The notes under the pieces: generated by a model
The model's input: only the letters and a program-made list of their open reading frames with translations
Told to the model about the DNA's origin: nothing
Databases searched by the model: none
Shown: positions 27,936 to 36,779 of the stretch, piece by piece
Layout: each line of letters opens with the position of its first letter
Position numbering within the stretch: position 1 is the first letter of the stretch
NCBI GenBank assembly: GCA_038851075.1
Contig: JAWCLG010000001.1
Span: forward strand, 32,001-96,000
DNA length: 64,000 nucleotides
Direction of reading: 5' to 3'
Source of the DNA: Candidatus Hadarchaeales archaeon
Lineage (GTDB): Archaea > Hadarchaeota > Hadarchaeia > Hadarchaeales > Hadarchaeaceae
Position numbers and translations under genes: made by a program

Positions 27936-29267
27936 CTACAGGGCCGGGAGAAGCTTCTCCACCTCCCAGTTGTGAACATGTGTACGGTACTCATCCCATT
28001 CCCTGCCCTTTATGTACAGAAAGTGAGTGAACAGGTGCTCTCCGAGCGCCTCCTTAACAAGAGAGCTCTTCCTCATGTACTCCAGCGCCTGCCCGAGGCT
28101 CCCTGGAAGCATCTCTATTCCCGCCTCCTCCCGCGCCTCATGGCCCATTTTATAGATGTCCCTCTCTACCGGCTCGGGCGGCTCTATCCCTTCATCAATT
28201 CCCCTCAGTCCCGCCGCGAGCATGAGCGTGAACTGGAGGTACGGGTTTCCTGCAGGGTCTGGGCTCCTGAGCTCTATCCTGGTCCTCTGCCCCCTGCCGG
28301 CCGGGACCCTTATGTAAGCACTCCTGTTCCTGTTTGCCCATGATATGTACACCGGCGCCTCGTATCCTGGCACCAGTCTCTTATACGAGTTAACCGATGA
28401 AGCGAGTACCGCGCATATCTCCTTTGCGTACTTCAAAAGTCCTCCTATGAAGTGCAAACACGTCTTGCTCAGCCTGTACTGACCCTTTGGATCGTAAAAC
28501 ACGCTCTTATCCGCTGAGGTCATCAGTGACATGTGTACATGCATGCCGGAACCATTTATTCCATATATCGGCTTCGGCATGAAAGTCGCGTACAGGCCAT
28601 GCTTGTACGCCACGGTCTTAGTTACGTACTTCATCATGGCGACCCTGTCCGCAGAAACCACCGCGTCTGAGTATCTCAGGTCTATCTCGTGCTGGCCCGG
28701 CGCGACCTCGTGGTGGGAAGCCTCCACCTCAAAACCCATCGCGTTCAGATAGGTGACTATCTCTTTTCTGACACCGTCTCCCCTGTCTCTCATCAGGTCG
28801 AAGTATCCCCCGTGGTCCGATGGCTTCGTGGTAGGGTTTCCGTTCTCGTCCACCATGAAGAGGAAAAACTCGTACTCGGGTGCCGTGTTGAAGACCCATC
28901 CCTTATCTCTGGCCACCTTCATCAGCCTCTCGAGGGCAAACCTCGGATCTCCTGCAAACCTGTTTCCCTCATGATCGTAAACGTTACATACCATTCTCGC
29001 GGTTTTTGTAGAGTCATCAGTCCATGGTATGACGACAAAGGTGTTAGGGTCCGGCTTCAGCCTCATATCTGATTCCTCTATTGTGGCATAGCCGAGCACC
29101 GAAGACCCGTCAAAGAATATCCCCTCCTCGAGCGCCTTTTCAAGCTTATTATCCGGTATGGTTACATTCTTCACCGTTCCAAGGATATCCATGAACTGCA
29201 TCTGAATGAACTTCACATTCTCCTTCTTCACTATCTGGAGTATCTCATCTGCAGAAGTCATTTTCAT
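27936..29267 (-). CDS. glnA: Glutamine synthetase type I
   Basis: FDGSSVLG, HHEVAPGQHEI, TFMPKP, NGSGMH, SYKRLVPGYEAP, NRSAYIRVP, RIELRSPD. Confidence 0.97.
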   Translation of the reverse strand: MKMTSADEILQIVKKENVKFIQMQFMDILGTVKNVTIPDNKLEKALEEGIFFDGSSVLGYATIEESDMRLKPDPNTFVVIPWTDDSTKTARMVCNVYDHEGNRFAGDPRFALERLMKVARDKGWVFNTAPEYEFFLFMVDENGNPTTKPSDHGGYFDLMRDRGDGVRKEIVTYLNAMGFEVEASHHEVAPGQHEIDLRYSDAVVSADRVAMMKYVTKTVAYKHGLYATFMPKPIYGINGSGMHVHMSLMTSADKSVFYDPKGQYRLSKTCLHFIGGLLKYAKEICAVLASSVNSYKRLVPGYEAPVYISWANRNRSAYIRVPAGRGQRTRIELRSPDPAGNPYLQFTLMLAAGLRGIDEGIEPPEPVERDIYKMGHEAREEAGIEMLPGSLGQALEYMRKSSLVKEALGEHLFTHFLYIKGREWDEYRTHVHNWEVEKLLPAL

Positions 29268-29315
29268 CGCTCCACTAAATCTAACGGCTACCTGTTAAAA
29301 AAGATGACGTGGACT

Positions 29316-29981
29316 TCAAGCCAGCGCCCTCCCTGCAAAATCATCCTTAACCGTGACTCTGACCCTCCCGCCCACGCGCTCTATATAAAAAGTCAGGAGC
29401 TCGCATGAGTATTCCGTGTTGTATCTCCTCTCAAGATCTTCAAGGTCACCGTAGCTCAGCGCCTCTTCATACGCCTTATTTGCTAGATAATACATTCTTC
29501 CATACCTGGGTACCACGCCCGCGGAAAGCTCAACGCCGAATCCTCTCGTTCCCGAGATGTGCGTCACCACCGCGTCAAGGTATCCTGCGGCCATGAGGCT
29601 GCCGTCGGGTAGCCAGACAAGCTTCAACGAGTTCTCATCGCTCAGCGGGACCACGATATCGAAGTTGGGATAGCTCCAGCCTGCCCCTATTCTCTGGTTG
29701 AAGTACTCCCTCAGAGTGACGAGCACCCTCTCGCGATCCCCGCCAGCCCTGCCAACCTCATACATGGAAGCCTCCACCGATGTCCTCAGCGCCTGGTTGA
29801 GCTCTCTCTCCAAGGTCTCTGACATTGCCCGCGTGGTCTCAAGGGCAATCCTCCTCTCCATCGCGTCAAGCTGTTCCCTGTAGCCCTCTTCAAAGATGTA
29901 AACCGCGGCGAGAGATGTGATGATGACGAAAACGGAGAAAAACCCGAGAACCGGAGCCGAACCGCGAACCATTTTCTTCAA
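29316..29981 (-). CDS. Minor pilin-like protein with class III signal peptide
   Basis: MKKMVRG/SAPVLGFFSVFVIIT; last gene of the pilus operon. Confidence 0.65.
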   Translation of the reverse strand: MKKMVRGSAPVLGFFSVFVIITSLAAVYIFEEGYREQLDAMERRIALETTRAMSETLERELNQALRTSVEASMYEVGRAGGDRERVLVTLREYFNQRIGAGWSYPNFDIVVPLSDENSLKLVWLPDGSLMAAGYLDAVVTHISGTRGFGVELSAGVVPRYGRMYYLANKAYEEALSYGDLEDLERRYNTEYSCELLTFYIERVGGRVRVTVKDDFAGRALA

Positions 29982-30484
29982 CCGCTCACCTCGAACATCT
30001 TCAGCTTGGCATTAACTTGGGCCACCCTGTTCTCACCCTTCCCCGCGATTATTAGCGTTACCTTGCCGGAGAACTCGCGAAACGCCACTGTGTCGGCGTG
30101 CGCATCAGGCGGAAAAGTCTGGACCCACCTGTTGTCCCCGTATCGAAGCTCGAGTTCAAGACCATATCCCTGAGGGCATATGTACCCGAGAACGTTTTCC
30201 GTTCTATCAATTATGTACTCTCCCGGAAGTGAGGCATCCGATCCAAAGTTCTCCATCACCAAGTTCTCCGATATCGCCTCAAGGTAGGTCAGAGAGGAAT
30301 TCTCAACATTGGAAAGCTCGAGAACCTTGTAAGCGTACTCCACCTTCATCTGGATCTGTCTCCCATTCGCGGATGATATCGCGTCGATGCCGTACGAGTG
30401 AAGGAGCACCCCCGCCAGTATCGCGATTATGAACATCACTGCTATGCTGAGTATATCGCTTATTCCCCTCTCAGAACGGCTCAT
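29978..30484 (-). CDS. Pilin-like protein with class III signal peptide
   Basis: MSRSERG/ISDILSIAVMFIIAIL. Confidence 0.75.
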   Translation of the reverse strand: MSRSERGISDILSIAVMFIIAILAGVLLHSYGIDAISSANGRQIQMKVEYAYKVLELSNVENSSLTYLEAISENLVMENFGSDASLPGEYIIDRTENVLGYICPQGYGLELELRYGDNRWVQTFPPDAHADTVAFREFSGKVTLIIAGKGENRVAQVNAKLKMFEVSG

Positions 30485-30900
30485 GCCCTCCACACGACCA
30501 CCTCCATCTTGCCGGGGACATATCGAAAGTTATCGAAGATGATCACCGGCAGCAACAGCGCGCACCTCTCCCGCCCCTCCGCAGGTTCCGGTCCGAAGCT
30601 CCAGCTGGAACTCCCTGAATAGAACCGCAGCCCGTATTCAAAGTTCTCCCCTCCCATCGTCTCCATGAAGCTCAGCTGATTTACCCTGCCCAGATCAAGA
30701 ACATAGCTTACCTCGGTATTTCCCTGTCTGAGCGCCAGCCTGTTGAGAACAAGATCGTTCGCCACGGTACCCGTGGCATCCACAAGAGCCGCTGTGGAGA
30801 GCGTGTATTTGTAGTGCTGGTAGGCTGAAAACATGAGAAAGAGGAATACGATGATCATGAATGCCGTCATAACTGCCTTGAATATCCTTATCAGGTCCAT
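30481..30900 (-). CDS. Pilin-like membrane-anchored protein
   Basis: N-terminal TM; GGTGG-N4-ATG at 30900; translationally coupled within the pilus operon. Confidence 0.6.
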   Translation of the reverse strand: MDLIRIFKAVMTAFMIIVFLFLMFSAYQHYKYTLSTAALVDATGTVANDLVLNRLALRQGNTEVSYVLDLGRVNQLSFMETMGGENFEYGLRFYSGSSSWSFGPEPAEGRERCALLLPVIIFDNFRYVPGKMEVVVWRA

Positions 30901-31253
30901 TCGACCACCAGCCTGCCGTTCTCGGTCCACACCGTTATAGTGCGCCTTCCGGGGTCGACCGGAGGTATGCCGTCAGCGAACCTCATCAACAGACCCCCCT
31001 CCGGAACAGAATATCCATCTACCGAAATCATGTTATCGCTGAAGGTCATCTTAAAGTTCCCCGGAATGTAAACATCGGCAACCTGATGCCCCCCAACCTG
31101 AACAGCGACCTCGCAGGCGTGCGCCACTTCTATCGCTGCCGCTCTGGCAGCGCTTTCATCCGACGCATGGCGAAACACAAGATAACAGAAAAAACCGATC
31201 ACAAGCGCCATTATCGTTAGAACGAGAACTCCCAAAGTGCGCAGGGAAGGCAT
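30891..31253 (-). CDS. Pilin-like protein
   Basis: N-terminal TM, helix, then VYIP..F.M.F.D beta region; resembles 14524-14886. Confidence 0.6.
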   Translation of the reverse strand: MPSLRTLGVLVLTIMALVIGFFCYLVFRHASDESAARAAAIEVAHACEVAVQVGGHQVADVYIPGNFKMTFSDNMISVDGYSVPEGGLLMRFADGIPPVDPGRRTITVWTENGRLVVEWT

Positions 31254-31259
31254 GGGAGA

Positions 31260-31712
31260 TTACACCAGCGTGAGTTCGAGCGTGGCCGTCTGCTCGATGT
31301 CGTCGGCGCCTCTCCCCCTTATCGTGAGCGTGACGGCTCCCGGGGTTGCCGTATTGTCCACGGTGATGGTCATTGTTGACCCGAATCTCGGCTGTCCGCT
31401 TCCCGGAGAGAAGCTGACCCTCACCCCGGTGGGCTCCCCAGTAACGGAAAGGGTGACCGTTTTGCTGTAGTCACCGATTTTTTCCACAGTCACTGAAAGG
31501 TTGGTGGACTCTGACCCGCTCTGAGGTATATTCAGGCTCACAGAGCTGGGGGAAACAGTTACGCTGAATGAGGTCAGCTGCTGTATTCCCCTGCCCGCCC
31601 AAGTGTAAACACCGTACGCTATGCTGAGCCCGATCACAAGAAGTATTATGCCTGCAAACAGCTTCATCGCCAGCGGCTCCACACCGCGTTCCTCCGCAAT
31701 CGGTCCGAACAT
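31260..31712 (-). CDS. Candidate major pilin with class III signal peptide and Ig-like domain
   Basis: EERG/VEPLAMKLFAGIILLVIGL; Ser/Thr-rich beta-sandwich (SVTVSPSSVSL...VTLSVTG.P.GV.VSFSP...TPG..TLTI.G). Confidence 0.7.
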   Translation of the reverse strand: MFGPIAEERGVEPLAMKLFAGIILLVIGLSIAYGVYTWAGRGIQQLTSFSVTVSPSSVSLNIPQSGSESTNLSVTVEKIGDYSKTVTLSVTGEPTGVRVSFSPGSGQPRFGSTMTITVDNTATPGAVTLTIRGRGADDIEQTATLELTLV

Positions 31713-31772
31713 CTTTTCTTCCCCTCAAAAAACCTTAACCCTGCGAACCTTTTAAATCAGTCGTTCAAGGCG

Positions 31773-33752
31773 CTACCTGATCCCAACTGTTATCAACGTC
31801 AGCAGAAAGCTCGTGATTGTGAAAATTGCGGCCGAAGACAGGGATGATTTTAACACGGCTGACCACATTTCAACCCTATCCGGACCTGCGCGGATCCTCG
31901 CAATATAAGACGCCACTATCATCCCGAGTAATACCGCGGTAGCACCCATGAGAAAACGCAGTATCGCCAGATCCCCCTGTGCCATTACCCCAAAAAGGAA
32001 AGGCATGCCCGTCACACCGGCTGCTGAAGCCTGGGCCGCCACCCTCATGCTGAGCCCCGCCATGAAGTCCATAACCCACACAGACATTGCGCATACCACT
32101 GGAATCAGTACCACCGCAACCAACCACAGATTGCCCAGCGCCTCGCCGATCCTCTCTCTGAAGTTTCTCTCAACCCTGTGAAGCGTTCTCAAGAACTCAG
32201 CGGCGGTCATGCAGGCGCGCCCTGCCGCCAGCTCGCTGTCGCTCCTGATCCTGGATATCGTCGAGATGAAGCTCTCAATCAGCCAGTTGCCTCTCTTTTT
32301 GTTCCCTCTTCCGAATATGGACTCCTTCAGCCCCATCCCGTACCTCTCCATCTTAGCGCTCGCTGACTTTAACTGGGCTGACAGCGGGGAACCTTCCATC
32401 AGCGCCCCTGCTTCGGCCATTGCGCTTGAGACCGGCTTTCCGTCCAGCATTCTGGAGCCCATTGTGTTAAGCGCGTTGCTCCAGTCCTCCATCATCCTTC
32501 TCTCCTCATCACGCACCTTCCTTCGCGTGGAGGAGTAAAGGTATCCGTATGTTGCCAGGGCAGCCGCAAGAGCCCATACAAACCACATCGTGTTGAGGCT
32601 GCCCGCTACCAATCCTATAATTCCCTCACTCCATCCCATAAAGTGCAGTATGCCCGGGATTGAAAGCGCAAGAAAGACGATCGCGGTGGGGACTATCACC
32701 GGGACCTTTCTGGAGAAGATAAAGCACTTTCCGGGAGGAGGCAGCCGGGGATCGTCCTCCGGCGGCTCAGGAGCGTGTATCGTGGCCGGCCTCCCCTTTG
32801 ACATGTAGGCCGTGAATGCCCAGAATGCAAGTACCAGCAACGAACACATGAGAACGAAGAACTTTATGTCAAGTACCGATGTTCCTATCATCCCAAAAAC
32901 CGGAGATAGCCCGATGACCCCAATTATGGCAAGGGAGCTGAAAGTCAGGAAGGCGAGCGTTGGCATTATCAGGCCCCCGAGCTTTCTTGTCAGCTGTTCC
33001 TCCGCACCCTCCAGCACTCTTGAAGGTGCCCTCGAAATATCCGCCAGGCGGGCCGACTCATCCTTTGTGCCGGTCGACCTCAGAAGGTCGAAAATCGCCT
33101 GTCTCGTGCTCTCATCGATCTCCCCCCACTCATTGGCTATGACCGTGAGGAGGTGTCTGACCGTGTCGTACTTCCTTCTCTCATCAAGGTCCAGCAGTCC
33201 CCTCTGGAGGTCCTCGGCGAGTCTGCCCTCAGTTGAATCCGCAGCCTGAACCACCGCGCTCCTCAAATCAGGACGGTGGTAGAGTGAAAAACTTAGGAGC
33301 ATTACCGTAAGCACCGCTTTGCCCTGAGCATCCGCCCTTCTGGATGCAGCAACCGATGAGGGATACACCTGAACAGCCATGAAAGCGAAGGCGCCCAGCA
33401 GTATTCCTGAAAGCGGGAGATAAAATGCGGTGAAGGGATCCGAGCCGGTAAACCAAATGGCGATCCAGAGTCCGATGAAAAGCAGGATCGGGACCGCCAG
33501 CGCGAGCACGCTGCCGCCAAGCCACTGCTCGGGCGTGAGATCTAGACCCGCCTCTCTAAGCTCCCTCCTTGACCTCTCGCTGATTTTGGACCCCTTCACG
33601 AGCCATCCGAAAATCCTTCCCCCGGCATCACAGAACCTCTCATAGCGCGCCCGTTTCTTTTTCACAAGGCGCTCCACCAAAGAGCGCACATCGGCTGGAA
33701 CCGGAAAAGCCTCTGGAATAGGCTTCAGGCTTTTTTCAGCCAATTTCGCCAC
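31773..33752 (-). CDS. Pilus membrane platform protein (TadB/TadC, GspF/FlaJ-like, duplicated domain)
   Basis: Two cytoplasmic helical domains each followed by TM clusters; directly downstream of the secretion ATPase. Confidence 0.7.
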   Translation of the reverse strand: MAKLAEKSLKPIPEAFPVPADVRSLVERLVKKKRARYERFCDAGGRIFGWLVKGSKISERSRRELREAGLDLTPEQWLGGSVLALAVPILLFIGLWIAIWFTGSDPFTAFYLPLSGILLGAFAFMAVQVYPSSVAASRRADAQGKAVLTVMLLSFSLYHRPDLRSAVVQAADSTEGRLAEDLQRGLLDLDERRKYDTVRHLLTVIANEWGEIDESTRQAIFDLLRSTGTKDESARLADISRAPSRVLEGAEEQLTRKLGGLIMPTLAFLTFSSLAIIGVIGLSPVFGMIGTSVLDIKFFVLMCSLLVLAFWAFTAYMSKGRPATIHAPEPPEDDPRLPPPGKCFIFSRKVPVIVPTAIVFLALSIPGILHFMGWSEGIIGLVAGSLNTMWFVWALAAALATYGYLYSSTRRKVRDEERRMMEDWSNALNTMGSRMLDGKPVSSAMAEAGALMEGSPLSAQLKSASAKMERYGMGLKESIFGRGNKKRGNWLIESFISTISRIRSDSELAAGRACMTAAEFLRTLHRVERNFRERIGEALGNLWLVAVVLIPVVCAMSVWVMDFMAGLSMRVAAQASAAGVTGMPFLFGVMAQGDLAILRFLMGATAVLLGMIVASYIARIRAGPDRVEMWSAVLKSSLSSAAIFTITSFLLTLITVGIR

Positions 33753-35893
33753 TCCTCCATGACCTTACGATAATCCGGTGCGTTGCGCTTCACCGAGGAG
33801 AAGTATGCGTTGTAGGCCCTGCTCACGAACGGAAGCTCCAAGAACCCGGGATTCTCGGATTTTCTGGCAAGCATTAGAATGTCGGACTTCATCTTCGCCT
33901 CGGTGAGTACGCCCTCTAAAAATTCTCCCTCATCCAAGGCGAGCCTCCTGCAGAGATCCGGAATGAGGTGGCTGCCTCCGTTTTCAGGCGGTAGAAACTC
34001 CAGATTTCTAACAGCATCCTCAAGACTGAACTTTGAGAGATCCTGTGAATTTGCGTGCTCAATCGTCCTCCTGTTTCCCTTGAACAGGTTCCTGGGCTCC
34101 AGAACGTCCTCCTTCCTGTTGTCGGAGAACATTTCGACGTACTCAGGCCTGTCGCTCCAGTCCTTAAGCACCTCAGATACCTCAACTATCCTTCTGACGG
34201 TTCCTGAGCGGGAGGTGAACCTTGCGGTGCTCACGATTAAGTCTACGTACTTGAAAGCCGCCTGATGCAGACCCATTATATGAACTATAAGGTCAAACAT
34301 CTCGCGCTTGCTTCTCGAGTGAAAGCTCGCGACCACGGGTTGCGAGCCCTGCCTGGCTGCGGCGCCGAGCGCGGCTCTCACGGCCTCTGCCGCCCTGACC
34401 TCGGTGATCAGCCAGTAGCTCGCCCCTCCTCTCAGGAACGCGTTCACCTGCCGCTCAAGGTGCTCCGGATCCGAGACCCTCACATTCGCAAGCTTGTACC
34501 CCGATCTTACGAACTCATCAACGTGAAGCTCCTCGGTGTCCTGAAATGCCACAATTCTGTTATCGGAACCAATCTCCGGGATGTAGGTTTCGAGCTGTGA
34601 GGTCTTTGCCGTTCCCATCTCGCCAATTACGAACGCGCTGGAGCCGAGCCTCAGCAGATTACCAAGCATGGAGCTGGCGAGAGGCGTCAGCGTGCCGCGG
34701 TCGAGGAAGAGAGGCTGGGTCCATGGAGTGGATCGCCTTCTCCTGATCGCCATCTCAACGCTCCTGGGCCATATCGCCGGGTGACGGCTGAGGAAAAGCC
34801 TCATCCCGAGCTCCGGGATCTCAGCGTCAAGCTGCGGATGTATTTCGTCAAAAGCGGTCCCGAGCCTGGAAGCCAGAGTCTCCCCGAGCCCTAGCAGTGA
34901 GGGCGTGGTGAGGTATATCCCTGTCTCCAGCTTACCCCAGCGCTCGTGATCAACCACAACCGGCTGCATCTCCGGAGGCGCGTGCACATATATGTCCGTG
35001 ATCCTGTCGTCATGGGAAAGAGGCTCAAGTGCCCTGTAGGTGAGCCAGTTTGCCATCGTGCGTGCAAGATCTCTCACCTCTTCCGTTGAAACCCTTTTAT
35101 CACCTCCCTCGAGCATCTGCATGAGCGCGGCGTACCACTCCTCCGCAAAAGAGCGTATCGCACCGGAACGGGCGAATCTGGCGTGTCCTGGTGCCTCGTC
35201 CACCTCAACGCGGAACGCCCTGTACAGGAGGGAGAGCTGCTCCTGCGGAATCCCAAATTCCGGAAGGTTAACGCTGTAGAATGGAACCGGATTATCCTCC
35301 CTCTCGTATATCTCCACGCTTCCCCTTCCACCTGGCAATTTGTAGCTGTCGATAACCGTTGCGTTGCGCGGTGGCGGGTGCCAGAGTCCATCTACGAAGA
35401 AAGGCTTCGCTCTGACCTCGAAGAATCTGTCATAACCGTCCTCCGACACCCTCTTCAGTCCCTTTATCTCTCCCAGATGTCCTTCAACGGTCTCCATCGC
35501 TTCCTTGAAGATCCCCTCACCGCGTTTTCCGTACACCTTTGTGAAAGAGCGCTTCACATCCCTGATCGTCTTCTCGTCCGCCCCGCTCGGATTCTCCATT
35601 ATCGCTCTGAACAGTCCCTCCACCGCCTCCAGCTCCTTTTCATCCAGATCCAGGCTCTTCCTGCCCTCAACATGCAACAGGGCATCCACTACGGCACGTT
35701 TTGCGGCTGCCATCGCGGTGGCGAGCCTCGATAGCTCGATCGAAGTATAGGTTCTCGTGATTTCCCTTCCGATGGTTACCCGGTCAAAATCTCCCTCACC
35801 CGCGAGCCGGCTTAGAACGCATGCCCTGCATCCCGGATTATCAAGCGAGCTAGGACCTTCGCACCCAAAACAGTCGAACTCAGCCACCCGCAC
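33725..35893 (-). CDS. Type II/IV secretion-family ATPase (TadA/CpaF-like), divergent motifs
   Basis: ITDIYV, PQLDA, Walker A GEMGTAKTS, Asp-box QDTEEL, Walker B LITEVR, His-box SFHS; N-terminal CxxC...CxxC. Confidence 0.85.
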   Translation of the reverse strand: MRVAEFDCFGCEGPSSLDNPGCRACVLSRLAGEGDFDRVTIGREITRTYTSIELSRLATAMAAAKRAVVDALLHVEGRKSLDLDEKELEAVEGLFRAIMENPSGADEKTIRDVKRSFTKVYGKRGEGIFKEAMETVEGHLGEIKGLKRVSEDGYDRFFEVRAKPFFVDGLWHPPPRNATVIDSYKLPGGRGSVEIYEREDNPVPFYSVNLPEFGIPQEQLSLLYRAFRVEVDEAPGHARFARSGAIRSFAEEWYAALMQMLEGGDKRVSTEEVRDLARTMANWLTYRALEPLSHDDRITDIYVHAPPEMQPVVVDHERWGKLETGIYLTTPSLLGLGETLASRLGTAFDEIHPQLDAEIPELGMRLFLSRHPAIWPRSVEMAIRRRRSTPWTQPLFLDRGTLTPLASSMLGNLLRLGSSAFVIGEMGTAKTSQLETYIPEIGSDNRIVAFQDTEELHVDEFVRSGYKLANVRVSDPEHLERQVNAFLRGGASYWLITEVRAAEAVRAALGAAARQGSQPVVASFHSRSKREMFDLIVHIMGLHQAAFKYVDLIVSTARFTSRSGTVRRIVEVSEVLKDWSDRPEYVEMFSDNRKEDVLEPRNLFKGNRRTIEHANSQDLSKFSLEDAVRNLEFLPPENGGSHLIPDLCRRLALDEGEFLEGVLTEAKMKSDILMLARKSENPGFLELPFVSRAYNAYFSSVKRNAPDYRKVMEEWRNWLKKA

Positions 35894-36027
35894 CGGACCC
35901 AGTGACCTTATCTCAAAGCTAGCCGGACCCCACAGGTTAATCCCGTGTTATTTATCCACCACACCATAAAAAAATGGTGCATAAGCAAAAGTCTCATAAA
36001 TCGGACGTGTTCAGATGAAGTGGTGAA

Positions 36028-36639
36028 ATGCTGAAGATATGCGTGATAGGAATCCAGGGGGCTGTTTCGGAGCATATCACTGCCGCGCGGGAAGCCATGA
36101 AAAAACTTGGAATGAAAGGCGAAGTCATCTGGGCAGAAGATCCGCACGACTTCGACGGGGCTGACGGCGCTATAATTCCTGGAGGGGAAAGCACGACAAT
36201 AGGGAAACTGATGTTGAAAACCGGGACCTTCAATGTACTGCAGGAGCTTGGAGCTTCTGGTTTTCCGATCATGGGGACGTGCGCCGGAATGATACTTCTA
36301 TCCAAAAAAGGTGATGAAAGCGTGGAGAGGACCGGTCAGCCGCTCCTGGGCCTTATGGACATTGAGGTCATCAGGAACGCTTTCGGAAGGCAGAGGGAAT
36401 CGTTTGAAGCAGATATCGAGATACCGATACTGGGCGATGAACCCTTTCCGTGTGTTTTCATACGCGCACCCGTGATCAGAAAAATATGGGGAGATGCCAG
36501 GGTAATCGCGGAGTTCCGGGGAAAAATAGTTGGGGCCGAGCAGAAGAACATGATAGCGGTTGCCTTTCATCCGGAGTTGACAGCGGACACCAGACTGCAC
36601 GAATACTTCCTGAAAAAGTGCGTGGAGCAAAAGAGATAA
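36028..36639 (+). CDS. pdxT: Pyridoxal 5'-phosphate synthase glutaminase subunit
   Basis: QGAVSEH, IPGGESTT, GTCAGMI, RNAFGRQRESFE, FIRAP, FHPEL. Confidence 0.96.
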   Translation: MLKICVIGIQGAVSEHITAAREAMKKLGMKGEVIWAEDPHDFDGADGAIIPGGESTTIGKLMLKTGTFNVLQELGASGFPIMGTCAGMILLSKKGDESVERTGQPLLGLMDIEVIRNAFGRQRESFEADIEIPILGDEPFPCVFIRAPVIRKIWGDARVIAEFRGKIVGAEQKNMIAVAFHPELTADTRLHEYFLKKCVEQKR

Positions 36640-36668
36640 TAGCGCTCCTCTACCCTCATAAGATTGGT

Positions 36669-36756
36669 GGGCCCATAGCTCAGTGGTAGAGCGCTGGCTT
36701 CGCATGTTTTCCGGAAAAGCCAGAGGCCGCGGGTTCGAGTCCCGCTGGGTCCACCA
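36669..36756 (+). tRNA. tRNA-Ala(CGC) with 13-nt intron at canonical 37/38 and encoded CCA
   Basis: Acceptor GGGCCCA/TGGGTCC with G3:U70; anticodon CGC 36701-03; intron 36705-36717 forms a BHB (TTCG pairs with CGGA); T-arm GCGGG TTCGAGT CCCGC. Confidence 0.95.
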
Positions 36757-36779
36757 TTTTAGATATTTTCATCTGAGAT

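Noticed and set aside
14883-30911. Shared 12-mer GTGGTCGAATGG at the starts of two pilin-like genes
   Set aside because: It is only SD + spacer + ATG, with no flanking similarity; too weak to call a recombination site.
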